From NCBI RefSeq assembly GCF_009914755.1, contig NC_060928.1: a stretch of 64,000 nucleotides of DNA; one strand, written 5' to 3'. A program made the translations under genes and the position numbers. The notes below the pieces were generated by a model. That model worked only from the letters and a program-made list of their open reading frames with translations. It was not told where the DNA came from and ran no database searches. The stretch comes from the human T2T-CHM13v2.0 reference genome, Homo sapiens. Within the stretch, counting starts at the first letter, position 1. Every line of letters begins with the position of its first letter. Below, piece by piece: positions 21,636 through 38,799 of this stretch.

Positions 21636-23524
21636 AGCTTATCATTGTGAATGTTATTAAAGACATGTATCAGGCACAAGTCAGGCTTGATAAGCTCTTT
21701 TTTCCTCGTACAATATGAGCTGTCAGAAGGCCGAGCGCTCCATTGTTGGATTTCTGTAGCGTGTGAGGCTATTCTTAGCTCCTCTCTTGCTGGCTGTTAC
21801 ATTTTTAAGAATCGCTAGAGGTGAGCATAGTGAGTGAGACCTCCCCTCCATCTGCTACCCTCGGAGGTCAGATGGAATGGAAAGTGGCCTGAGGAGATGC
21901 TCAGCTCATTGCCCCTGCAGTTGCCACACAGTAAAAACACAGGAGATGAGTGTTGTAGACATGTGGTTTGTCCTGGCTGCCAAGATTTTCTGAATCCCAC
22001 AGAGTCATCTCTGGGCACCCAGTGACTTTTGCCTCAGGAAGAAGAAGTGGAGAAAGGTGGCTGTTTCAAATAGTTCAAGTGGCATTGTGCTGCCTGGAGA
22101 CTAAGAAAGGTCTAGGGTTTCCTCCAGACTCTTCCTTTCCCTTTCCAGCCCTCCCCTACCTTTAACAACTGCACAAGGTTTGTGGATGCTACACTGTTTG
22201 CCAGGCCCTGGGCAAGGTGAGATGGAGAGTCAGTCACTCATCAGGTAAGAGGAGGAGCTGAACCAAGCTTTTCCAACTCCAGATTTCCCCCAGCAACAGG
22301 CACTGCCTCCCTCATATGTGTTCACGTGTATTTCATGTGTTATCAGCATGGCTGACCTTTAGTTTGTAAGCAGCCTCCAAGGCTGATGATTGAGTACATG
22401 ACATGCTTTCCAAGAAAACTGACCTAGTGACCTTGGACCAGTCAACCTCTCTTGTCCTTGGTTTCCTCCATTGGGCAATTGAGGGTGATAATGCCCACGT
22501 CCCACGGTTAGTTGGGACAAGTGTTAAGGGATGAGCAGGGGGTCTGTGAAGAGCACCTCTCCTCCCTTCTCGATTTTAGGACTAATTGAGAGACAGGAGT
22601 CTGACAGGTGGAGGTGGAAGTATCCACTTCATGCTAACAGTCAGTCAGAGAAACCCACTTTAGATTGGTAGCCAAAACGGCTTGCTACCTCTTGAGTTCT
22701 GAAATGGAATCACCTCCGAGGCACAGGAAACGGTGATCACCTGCAAGTCCCCCTCCACCAGCCAGGCCCTGGCTGTTGCAGAGAGCAGACAGGAGTGTAA
22801 GCCCACTATGAGCAGGTTCTGAAGCAGAAGGGGAGCCCGAGGGGACTGTGCTGAGCACGGCTGCTTCTTCTGGACTCCCTCATCAGGTCTATCACTTCTG
22901 CACCCTGCAAGGGAGGGAGACGGCTATGGGGAGAGACTGGTGAGTCACTCAGGCTAATGGGAGTCCCTGGTCTCTGTGACAAGAAGAGGCCAGAGAAAAA
23001 GGAGGTTCCTGTAGGTAGTGACATAAACAGCAGGGCCTAGCACCCTTCCTTCCCCATCAACCCTCTACCCTCTGTCTTTTTTCTGTACAATGCCCCACTT
23101 CTGTGTAGACATCATTGACTGACCCAATGTGCCACACAGAATATGGGTGTTTCAGGCGTTTGTGGCTTTTTCATTCCGGAGTGTGTGGAATGCTCCTGGC
23201 TATGTGCTAAATGCAGGGGATGGTGCTGAATTAGCTAGGTCCCTGCACTCAGAGTTCACTGGCTGGTGGGGAAAAGAGACCAGAAGAGCAATGGTGACTT
23301 GGCCACAAGGAAAGTGCTATAGGGCATCAAGCACAGAGTCTAGGTTCTGGACATGGACTATCTTGGCTCAGTCCCAGCTCTGCTATTCCCTGGCTGTCAT
23401 CTTGGACATGTTACTTAATCTCTCTGAACCTCATGGTCTTGAGCTATCGAAGGCAGTTTGTAATAACTCCTATCTCAAAGGATTGTTGGGAACATTAAAT
23501 GAGCGCATATACGTAAAGCACTTA

Positions 23525-23881
<357 letters not shown>

Positions 23882-23967
23882 TTATTATTATAAGGGACTA
23901 GGGGGTCACCTGCCTCAGTTTCCGGGGTTAGGGAAGGCTTCTTAAAGGAGGGAGCGTCAGTCTTAAG

Positions 23968-24178
23968 CAGGGTTTTTCAACCTCAGCACTGTTGCCATTT
24001 TGCAGTAGGTGATTGTGGTGGAGGCCGTCCTGTGCATTGTAGGATATTTAGCAGCATCTCTGGCTCCAACTCACTAGATGACAGCAGCATCCCTCCAAAT
24101 TGTGACAACAAAAACTGTCTCCACACATTGTCCAATGTTCCCAGGGGAGCAAAACTGCTCTGGGTTTGGGAACCCTGC
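23968..24178. mobile_element. MER20 DNA transposon
   Basis: cagggtttttcaacctcagcactg...gtcctgtgcattgtaggatatttagcagcatc...tgtgacaacaaaaactgtctcc. Confidence 0.85.
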
Positions 24179-25997
24179 ACTATGCTGAGAAGTGAGTGAT
24201 GGACAAGAGGACAGAGGTGGTACACCAGGAATAAGGAATATTGTGGGTGAACGTGTGGAATTGTGAGAGTGTGGGTCCATCCAGGGACTTGTCCTAACAT
24301 GACGGCAAAATCTGGGCTCCCTTATGAAATCTTAAGCCCAGGTGAGCACTCATGTGCCGACTTCTCCCACTAAATCCTTGGCTTCTTGCAAGGACCAAAT
24401 GCATGGGAGAAGCCTACTGAGTACTTGCTGCTGTGCGTGCGAGCCTGTCTTCGTGAAGTAGTCCCTGAAGAACATTCACCTCGTGCTCTGCTCTAAATTT
24501 ATCCTGGTATGAAGAAAGTTCATCCGTGAGCATGACGCACAGCCTCATTGCTTTACCCCATGTGGCATTGCTTCTATGAAATTGGATTTTTAATGCCTTC
24601 AGCCTACCTTGAAGCACATCATGCAAAAAATTCCTGTTCCACTTATTACTGTGTTTAGAGTTATTTTATGTAGACTCATGGTTCACCACATTACAGAACA
24701 CCATCTTCATAAGAATCCAGTGGAAGAAATTTCCCACTGATTTCAGTACCAGGACAAAAATCTTGCTTTTCCTAAACAATTGTTTTTTTTTTCCACATCA
24801 GCTCTGAATCATGTAGCTGATCATGTTTCTCTTTTTGCTCTGTGTGCTGGGGAGATTTGAGACACATTGATGGGCCATTTCAGGGAAGCATACAGGATCT
24901 TGAGGCATAAATTGGGGTATTTTTTCCTGATTCTGTTTTCTTGGATTTCTTTTTTATTCTGTGACTTGATCTTTGTCTTCCTTATTTTTAATTCTATTAT
25001 GTTATATACATTTCACAAGTCACCTGAATCCTTTCTGGAACAAAGTAGGAAATTAATAATTTTTTAAAAAATAAAACATGGAAAATCGCATTCTTTATGC
25101 AGTTCTATTGCAATAGCCAGGCCAGGATTTAGGCCTTCACAGCACACAATTTTCTTTGCTCTTGCAAGGAGAGCCTAATTTTCCAGATTTTTCCATAGGT
25201 CAGAGTTACTGTGATAGAGCTTAGCTTTCTTATTTGTGATCTCCATCATTTCCATGACAATGTTCAGCACTATTATGAGAATATAATTCTAATTCTAATA
25301 CAAGAAGCAAAAGGGACAATGTCACAAAGCTGTAGAATAGTGCAAAACTACAGAGAGATAAATGAAAGGTCATTCTGTGTTCTCCAGTAATAATATTGAG
25401 TGTCTCTGGGAATGTAGGGTCTGTGGCCTGGTGAAGAATGTGGATCTGCAGCAAGAAAAAGCCACAACCTGAATTATTGCTTAAAATATTGTTCTCTTAG
25501 CATTTTGATTTTCCTCTTTAGAATTCATTCCAGTATGCAAGTTTCCCTCTGAAAATTCATGTTGCTCCTCCAAAGAGTTGTGATGGAATACTGAATGAGA
25601 TGCCCTTTGACAGTTTAGCTGTGAGTTGAGAGTACAGAACTCGCTGGTTATTAATGCAATGTTTCAATAGTCCATCAACTATTAGAATACAAATTGTGCA
25701 TCTGTAGTCGGCATATTATGTTTGATTCCTGTGTTTTCTTTTGGGGCATCTATATTCTTCTATCCAGTAGCAAATACATGAAAAGTTGTAACTCAGTTCC
25801 AAGTCACAGAAATTCAAAGTAAAGTAGCTTAATTAAAAAAAATAAAAACAGTCATTGCCCATGTAAATATGAAGTTCAGGGATGGATCTTTCTTCTGACT
25901 AGGTGGGAGCCAGTACCTCCAACAGTGCCTCTTTCTGCATTTAGCTCCCAGCCCTGCTTCCCTCTCTGCAGGTTCTCTCCCTAGACAGGTCTTATTG

Positions 25998-28272
25998 ACA
26001 TTTTTTCGTTTTCTAGTGCCTTTAAAAGTTATGTTTATACTACACTGTATTCAGTGTGCAACAGCATTATGTCTAAAAAGTGTACATACTTTCATCTAAA
26101 ATACTTGTTAGCTACAATGCTAACACTCATCTGAGCCTTCTTTCAACAAGTCACAGTCTTTTTGCAGGTGGAGGGTCTTTCCTCAATGTTGATGGCTGCT
26201 TACTGATCAGAGTGGTGGTTGCTGAAGGTTGGGGTGACTGTGAAAATTTCTTAAAATAAGAAAACAATGAAGCTTTCCACGATGATGGAGTCTTCACTTC
26301 ATGAAATATTTCTCTATAGCAAGTGGTGCTGTTTGATAGCATTTTGCCCACAGTAGAACTTCTTTCAAAAGTGGAGTCAGTCCTCTCAAATCCTACAGCC
26401 GCTTTATCAACTAAGCTTATGTAATATTCTAAACCTCTTGTGTCATTTTAACAATGTGTACAGCACCTTCATCAGGAGCAGATTCCATCTCAAGAAGCTC
26501 GTTTCTTCCTTATCCTTAGGGGAAACAACTCAACTCCTCATCTCTTAACGTTTTATCGTGAGATGGCAGCAATTTAGTCACATTTTCAGGTTCCACTTCT
26601 GATTCTAGTACTTTTGCTACTTTTACCACGTCTGCAGTTCCTTCCTCCACTGAAGTCTTGAACCCCTCATAGTCATCCATGAGGGTTAGAATCCACTTCT
26701 TCCAAACTCCTGTTAATGTTAGTACTTTGACCTTTTCTCATGAATCATGAATGTTCTTAATGACAATCTAGTATGGCGAATCCTTTCCAGAAGATTTTCA
26801 ATTTACTTTGCCCAGATCCATCAAAGCAATCACTATCTATGGCAGTTATAGTCTTACAAAATGCATTTCTTAAATAATAAGTGTCAAAGGTCAAAATTAC
26901 TTCTTTATCCATTAGCTGCAGGATGGATGTTGTTTTATCATGAAAACAACATTAATCTTGTACATCTCCATCTGAGCTCTTGGGTGACTAAGAGTGGTAA
27001 TATTTTGAAAGGAATTTTTTTTTGAGAAGTAGGTCTCAGCATTGGGTCTAAAATATTTGGTAAATTTTGCTGTAAACTGGTGTGCTGTCATCTGGGGTTT
27101 TTTATTCCACTTATAGAACACAGGCAATAGATTTAGCATAATTCTTAAGGGCCCTGGTATTTTCAAAATGGTAAATGAGCATTGGCTTCAACTTAAAGTG
27201 ACCAGCTGCTAAAACAAGAGAGCCTCCCTAGTGAGAGAGCCTTTCCTTTGACCCTTTGAAGCCAGGCATTGACTTCTCCTCTCCAGCTATGAAAGTCCTA
27301 AATGACATCTACTTCCAATATAAAGCTATTTGCTATTTTATCTACTTTGAAAATCTCCTGTTTGGTGTATTCACCTTCACCAGTGATCTGAGCTAGATCT
27401 TCTGGGTAACTTGCTGCAGCTTCTCCATCAACACCTGCTGCTTCACCTTGTGCTTTTATGTTCTGGAGATGGCGTCTTTTCTTTAACCTCATGAACCAAC
27501 CTTTGCTAGCTTCCAGCTCTTTTTCTGCAACTCCCTCACCTCTCTCAGCATTCATAGAACTGAAGAGAGTTAAGGCCTTGCTCTGGATTAGGATTTGTCT
27601 TAAGGGAATGTTGTAGCTGATTTGATCTTCTGTCTAGACCACTAAAATTTCCTCCCTATCAGCAATAAGGCTGTTTGGCTTTCATGTCTTACATGCGTTC
27701 ATTGGAGTAGCAATTTTTATTTCCTTTGCATTTATAACTTGGCCAACTTTATGTTGTAAGAGTCTAGCTTTCAGCCTATCTTGGCATTTGGCATGTCTTT
27801 CTCATTAGGCTTAATCATTTCTAGTACTTGATGTAAACTGAGAGATGTGTGATTCTTCCATTCACTTGAACACTTACAGGCCTTTGTAGAGTTATTAACT
27901 GGCCTAATTTCAATATTGTTATGCCTCAGGGAATAGAAAGGCCCAAGGAGAAAGTGAGAGATGGGAAACTACTGGTCAGTGGAGCATGAGAACACATCCA
28001 ACCTTTATCCATGAAGCTTTGGGTGCTATATGGATGCCATTTGAGGAGCTTCAAAGCAATTGTAATAGTAACATCAAAGACCATTTATCATAGATCACTA
28101 TAGGAGATATAATAATGTTTGAAATTTTGCAAGAATTACCAAAATGTGACACAGAGATACAAACTGAGCACATGCTATTGGAAAATTGACACTGATAGAC
28201 TTACTGGAGGCAGGGTTGCCGCAAACCTTCAATTTGTAAGAAAGTGAAGTGCAGTAAAACAAGGTAGTCCTG
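25998..28272 (-). mobile_element. Tigger1 DNA transposon, near full length, transposase disrupted
   Basis: ORF 27298-27555 [38 protein letters not shown]...YPEDLA is Tigger1/TIGD1-like; further pieces at 26912-27166 and 26151-26351; 5' TIR-like caggactacc at 28272; the other TIR is not visible. Confidence 0.92.
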
Positions 28273-28378
28273 TGCTTCCCAGCGAGGCTGTATTACTTAC
28301 ATGCTCCTCTCTTTGTTGAGGGGGAGGAGCATGGATGAGGTTATACTGGCCCTGAAACAGATCTGAAGTCCAGCTGGT

Positions 28379-28473
28379 GGCCGGGCGCGGTGGCTCATGC
28401 CTATAATCCCAACACTTTGGGAGGCCAAGAGTGAGAGTGAGAATAATAATTAATAATACCAACAATAATAAAA
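28379..28473 (+). mobile_element. Alu remnant: first ~50 nt joined to an agagtgaga and (AAT)n tail
   Basis: ggccgggcgcggtggctcatgcctataatcccaacactttgggaggccaag followed by agtgagagtgagaataataat. Confidence 0.8.
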
Positions 28474-29866
28474 ACTTTCTGGGCAAACAAAAATATTCTA
28501 ACTGAAACTTCTGGAAATAGTGCCTTGAAACTGTGACAGGAATATTGGGAACGTCCTGGGTACTCTGGGTGCCTCTGCCTAGAAAGGCAGAAGGGCCTTT
28601 CAGCACAGAACAGCCTGGGAGAAAGACAGCATCTTCAGCCCTGCACCCTCCACCATCACAGCACTTCCTGTGAGTCTCTGATAGGAGACACTTCATTCCA
28701 TCCCGTGAGGTTTGTTCCAGTCTCTCATTCCATGAGGAGCAGGGACTGTATCTTACTCCACTCCTGCCCATCCATGTCACCATGGTGACTCCCAAAGGTG
28801 GCCCTCCGCTGTTTGTGCAGGTTGTGGGTACTGCGCCATGATCCAGCCTCCCGCCATGGGTCATGCTGTTTCTCTCTCTGTCTGAGTCACACAGCCTGTG
28901 CGTTCCTGACCCAGTAAACCCCTCATGGGTAAAGACTTTCCCAATTCCTCCCACCCACCTTCACCTGCTAGAGCACTGGCCTCCTCCTTTCCCACACTCG
29001 CCTGCACCCTGGAAAGACTCCTAGAATGCCAGCCCGTGCATTGTCAGTGACTGTCAGCCCAGCCCCTCCCAGGGCACTGTGCACGCCTCCAGGGCGAAGA
29101 CAGTTTCTTTGTCCCAGTGTCCCCAGCACGTAGCCCAATGCCTATCAGACAGTAGGTGTTCCATAAGCCTCTGGTAAATTCATGATCTGGGGACGCAATA
29201 AACAGCCCCCTTCCTTGCCTTAATTCTGAACAATTATGAACAATGGGTAAGATACACAAAGAGGATATGACTTGTGTCCAGCCATCTCCTCTTTCCTGGA
29301 CCCCAGTCTCTGTAATGGGAGCTGGAGGGGATTTGAGGTCCTTCCAACCCTGGAATTCCCTGTCCTGTAAGCATGTGGTTCTGTTGCCTGTCCTGGGACC
29401 AAATCATGCACCAGGCTCCCTCCCCAGGGCTGCACACCCAGGATACTGGAACATAGTGTGGGTGCATTACAGCAACATCCCCACAGTGTATGGTCATCAG
29501 GACACTGCAGCGAGTGAGAGTCAGGGGATTTGGGTTCTTGTCCTCACACTTACAATGACTCACCAAGTCCCTTCTTCCCTCTGGGCCTCAGTTTCCTGTT
29601 CTGTTAAGTGAGGGGAAGGACCTTGCTGATTCGGTCTAATATCTGAGGATCTAAGACACAGGTCTAAGCTTCCATGATTACATTATGCAATTCTGTGATT
29701 AATATTACATGATTCAATTATTATACCCTGTAAGTCTACAATGAACTTGACAACAGTTTGTGATGTGATGCTATACTACAATTGTTTAACAACAATCTCA
29801 GATTCTATGTGTTGGCTCTTCAGTCCTTAGAAAGCCCAAATGCATTTTGTTAAATGAATTTGGTAC

Positions 29867-30330
29867 TGTATCAATTTTCTACTGTTTCAAAAACAAAACA
29901 AAATACCACCCTAAAACTTAATGGTGTGAAAACACCACCATTTAATCATCTCATGTTCTGTGGGGTAACTGGGCTCAGCTGGGCTGTTCTTCTGCTCCAT
30001 GTGATATCTGGGGTTGCCATGGAATATCAAAATGCTCAAGGTAGCTCACTCGCATGGCAGGCAGTGGTGCTGGCTGTCACTGGGAACTCAGCTGTGGATC
30101 TGGTTTTCCTTCTCTTGGCCTCTCCATGTGGCTTGCATCTGGCTGGGTTCCAAGAGGCAAAAATTAGAAACTGCCCATTCCCTTAAGGCCTAGACTTGGA
30201 TGTCCCATAACACCACTGCATTCAAGAGTTGCAGAAACAAGCTCCATATGGAGAGCAGCATGCATATGCAGGGAATGGAGGGAATGTTTGGGAGGGGAGT
30301 GTGTCTTTGGAGGCTAGCTCCTACGAACAG
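29867..30330. mobile_element. MLT1-type MaLR LTR
   Basis: aataccaccctaaaacttaatggtgtgaaaac...ctgggctcagctgggc...ggcctctccatgtggcttg. Confidence 0.7.
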
Positions 30331-30640
30331 TGACACCATCTAATTAAAGCACCTGCTAAAAACGGATGAAGAAACATGCTGGAGTCCAGTAGTAGTTAAA
30401 CTGTCATCTGTCTGCCAGAGCCTGGGAACTAATGCTGGGTACTCCTGCTTGCCTTTGCTATGTAAGAAATGAGGAAACCCCAACAAATGTGGAGGCAGCC
30501 TGAGGATTGAAAGCCTTTTCCCCTTCCCCTCCACTCCCATAGCACCATGACTCAGGCAACTCAGTGCCTCTCTCTGAGCCTCAGTTTGCTCTTCTGTAAA
30601 ATGGAGGCATTGGTCTTGAGGGTGCTGAAGGTGCCTCCAC

Positions 30641-30847
<207 letters not shown>

Positions 30848-31927
30848 TAACTGGGCTGCTGGCGGGATGCCTGGGACAGAGGGACCATGGGCTAGGGTGT
30901 CAGGAGCAGTCTGCAGTAGTGGGGAGAGAATTTTGTCCTTGACATGGTTTAAAAGTGGTAGTGCATGAGGGAAAAAAGCAGAACACTTTTCTTCCTATTT
31001 TTTTATGTTTTCTACAACCAGCACCTACATCTCCCATCCTATACCCGTACACTACTGTTTAGAGACATGGCTGGTGGCTGGCCTTATCTTCTCTGCTCCA
31101 GTATGCCTAGGGAAGCTGGAACATTCTGTCTCTCCTGTCTCAAGTCAGAAGAGTTACAGGAGCATTATTATACTAGTGAGCTGGGAGTGTGAGGGATTCT
31201 ACTCTCTTTTTTTCTGTACTTAGAAATCAGTGCTGTGCATCGTGGAGGATTTCTTTCTCTTAGGAAGCCTCAGTGCTGGCTCTGGGCTTTGCATAAAAGC
31301 TCTGAGTTTCTGTAGCCTCCTCAGGGACCTTACTTCTCCCTGCTATGCACAGCAGTGCCATGTCCTACACAGGTGAGCAAAGTGACTTTGCCTGCAGAAG
31401 CTGGAACTCAATGAGAGGCTTTGGAAAGTGATTGTATCATTCATAAATGTTCTCACTGACCCCAGAAGAGGCAGCTGGTGTGAGAGGCTCCAAATTGGTT
31501 TACCCATGGTCTTGCACTGTGCTTAGCTGATATCCTTGTAACTTAACTAATTTTGAAAGATTTGGAAAAGATGAGGACTTGAACTTCTAGGTAAAGATGA
31601 CAGATTAAGCATATACGTCTAAATTTTTCCCTTGTTAAACTCCATTAAATGACAGTAAGGAATGTTTGAAAAGTGATAAAGTTATGAAGATAGGGAACAC
31701 TGAAAGGGGACTACAGTCAAAACATGGGGGAAGCTGGGAAGAAAGATGTAGAGTGATCGATGACTTAGGAAACGGGAAACTGAATTTAATGTTGCTACTG
31801 GGGAGAGTCAATAACTAATAGATGCTAAAGAATTCCCCAAAAGCTCAGGAATTGGCAGCACCTGGTATCTATGGAATGGGGGCAGTTGGTGAAAAGAGGC
31901 TATAATAAGGCGAATTGTTGAAAACTT

Positions 31928-35388
<3,461 letters not shown>

Positions 35389-36423
35389 TGAAAACTTAAG
35401 TAGTATTGAGAACGCAGACCTCTTTCCCAACTCTGCAGAGCCAGGTGGTTGCCCCCTTCCTTACCCGAAAGGAAGACTAAAGGTTATTCTGCTAATGAGG
35501 GTAAAATGGAGAGTGCCTGGGCTAAAGGACATCAAGCCTGCCTGGGTTGGGATACTGTACTAACAATGGCAATGTTATCTGAACATAATCATACTAGATG
35601 CTGAAATGACACCCACACACCCACCCACACACACACAACTGAGATCAAAGAATGGTGTCTTTATGCCTTCATCCTCTACACAGGGAACTCAAGTGATTTC
35701 AATGGGAATGTGACTGAGCCCGAAGGAAAGAGATTGTGCCATCAAAGGTTTTCCAGGACACCTTAAAGTGTAGGTTATAGTAAACAAGCCCTATTCCTTC
35801 ATTATCAGCTCCCAATTAAGTTAATGACATCATAGGATTATCAGACATCCAGGGAAATCTTCTAACTTGAACATCAGGATCCGAGCAACGAAATAGAAAA
35901 AAATAATAAAGCTTAGGTTAAACAGTGACTCTGGAAACATCAAAATAACTATGATCAGTATGTTCAGACGATAAAAGAATAATTTTGCATGTGTGAAACA
36001 AGAAATAGCATTTTTTTTAAATTCATGGAATAAACATCAGTGCTCTTATGAATCAAAATTGTGAAAGCAGAAATTTAAAGAACTCAAAATATATGCTGGA
36101 AGATAAAGTCTTTATACTTTTCTGTAAAGTAGAGTAAAAAGACAAAAAGAAAATACGAGACAAAGCAAAGTTAAAGAATCTACAGATTTCAACACAAGAA
36201 ACAATAAAGAGAAAACATAGAGGAAGAAATCATCAATGAAACAATGAAAGAACAATCTCCCAGACCTGAAATACATGATTTTCTATATTGAGAGAGCCTA
36301 CGAAGGGCACGGAGCAATGGCTAGAAACAGACACATACCAAAACAAATGTCAGATCTGATAAGCTTCCAGAGAAGAGCCACAGGTCATAGAGGCTGAAGA
36401 ATCAGAATAGTTTTGAATTTCTT

Positions 36424-36740
36424 TTGTTTTTGTTTTTGTTTTCTGTTTCTTGAGACAGAGTTTTGCTGTCGTTCAGGCTAGAGTGCACTGGTACGATCAT
36501 GGCTCACTGCAGCCTCAACCTTCTGGGCTCAAGTGATCCTCCCACCTCAGCCTGCTAAGTAGCTGGGACCATAAGCACACACCACCATCCCTGGCCAATT
36601 TTTTTTTTTTTGTATTTTTTTGTAAAAACAGGGTTTCAGCACGTTACCCGGGGTGGTCTCATACTCCTGAGCTCAAGCAGTCCACCCACCTTGGCCTCTT
36701 AAAGTGCTAGGATTATAGGTGTGAGCCACAGTGCCCAGAC
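36424..36740 (-). mobile_element. AluJ-type SINE
   Basis: gatcatggctcactgcagcctcaacc...ctcaagtgatcctccc; TSD agttttgaatttctt / agtttttaatttctt at 36409-36423 and 36741-36755. Confidence 0.92.
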
Positions 36741-38291
36741 AGTTTTTAATTTCTTAAATGCTAGAAGGCAGCGCAGACACGCTATTCAACCATGTGTGAG
36801 GGTATACATTTTCCCCAGTTCCAGGTCTCAAAAAGTGGTCCTCCCATATACCTTTTCTCAAATACTAGGAAAATGAGATGGACTCCAAAATGAATGAATG
36901 AATCAAAGAGGATAAAGAAATGGAATGCAGAAAGCTGGAACTCCAGCAAAGCAGATAGGCGTAGGAAAACTCCAGGATGATGCTGATGGGATATCAGTTG
37001 TGCCTCACATGTATACCATGACCAGTTCTGATTAGCATGGATCAGAGACCCCGGGAGAGACTTCTTCAGGAAAAGTGATCTGATAGAATTCCTGATGCAC
37101 CTGGCCTTGAGAGATTTATTTAGCTGGTAAAGAATCTGAAGTTGAGTTACGAGAGGTTCAGGAAAAAAAAAAACTCAGTAAAAATAACATTATTCATTTT
37201 AGGGAAGGAAAACGTTGTACAGGACAACATCTGTGTAGAGTACAGCTTACTAAATGAGTCAGCTCTGTATATAATACCTAATCCTATCACCTAAACCCTG
37301 AAAATCTAACCAAAAACTCAATTATACTCTATTGAGAAACTGGGGAAATGGGAAGGATGACTAAGTCTCCTGGGATTGGAGAAAGACGGCTAAATCTTTG
37401 TCTTCCCTAGTAGGAAGTCCAGTCTCCAGGGAAAGCCTGGAGTTTGAAAGTGAAGGAGTCATTAGAAGTCTATCATTTAGAGATAAGGAGTTAGATACCA
37501 AAATTATAACCTGGAACAGATGAGTGGATAGAGAAGGATAAATGGGGTAGAAAGTGGTAGGATTAATGCTGTTGTAACAAAATGTGTTTGTAAAAGAAAG
37601 TGATAGGGATTGTTGTATTGTAACAAAACTTGCAAAACTATTGGCTCTTTGAACTATTTGCATATAACTTTGATACAAATAACAGAAACAAACACAGCAA
37701 AATGAAGAGGAGAAGGAGAATAGTAGTAGTAAAGATATTGTTCAGCGTAATACACAACTGTTCATTTACTCAGTCATTCACTAGTTTTTGAATGAATGCA
37801 GGCATTCTGGTTCTGGAATCTGTGCTTTTAAGTGCGATGCTGTACTTCCTAAAGAAGGTCACACCAGGGTAGAGTATGCTTCTGTTCCTTGATTGGGCTT
37901 CTTTGAAGGTGCTGAAAGAGTTCTTTACAGATCAGTTGTATATGTGTCATTCATGAATTACTGTAGCCATTCATGAACTAGAGTGCAATAGATAGATGAT
38001 CCATGTGTCCAAATTCCCTGAGACACTAAGTCATGTGGACATTGGTGAGATAAATGCCGATGTTCCAGAGCTGAGCCAGGGATGAACAAGGCAGGAAATG
38101 GAACCATTGTGTGACAGCATGGCTGGCTGGAGCCATTTCATTATGATTCACCAGATTTCAGAAAAAATTTTAAGTCATTCTCAAATATTCCTCTGGTAGA
38201 GGTCATCTGCTCTTAGATTCCAGATCTACCCTGGGGAAAAGGAGATATCCAGTAATTTATGGGAATGTTTTAAAGTCTACTAGGCAAATGT

Positions 38292-38799
38292 GTGATGATT
38301 AATTTTCTGTGTCAATTTGACTGGGCTAAAGGATGCCCAGAGTGCTGGTGAAACATTACTTCTGAGTGTGTCTGTGAGGATGCTTCCAGAGGAGATCAGC
38401 ATTTGAATAAGTGAACTGCATGAAGCAGATGGCCCTCCCCAATGTCGTGGGCATCAACGATTCCTCTGAGGGCCTGAATAGAATGAAAAATTAGAGCCAT
38501 TCACTCTTTCTACTTGACTGAATTATCCATCTTCTCCTGTCCTCAGTCATCACTGCTCCAGGTTTTTGGGCTTTCAGTCTTAGACTGGGACTTACACTAA
38601 CGGCCTCCAATTTCTCAGGCCTTCATACTTGAATTGAATTACACCACTTGCTGTCCTGGGTCTCCAGCTTGCAGATAGCAGATCATAGGACTTCTCAGCC
38701 TCCAAAACCACGGGAGCCGATTCCCATGATAAATCTCTGTTATATATGTATATCTATATTCTATTTCTTTTGTTTTTCTGGAGAACCCTGACTACTGCA
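38292..38799 (+). mobile_element. MLT2-type ERVL solo LTR
   Basis: tgtgatgattaattttctgtgtcaatttgactgggctaaaggatgcccaga...tttctggagaaccctgacta. Confidence 0.88.

Noticed and set aside
25998-28272. Tigger1 as a domesticated TIGD-like gene
   Set aside because: Transposase is broken into several short frames and one TIR is missing.
28229-28954. 241-aa minus-strand ORF
   Set aside because: No recognisable domain; runs through an Alu remnant ([15 protein letters not shown]) and the Tigger1 end.
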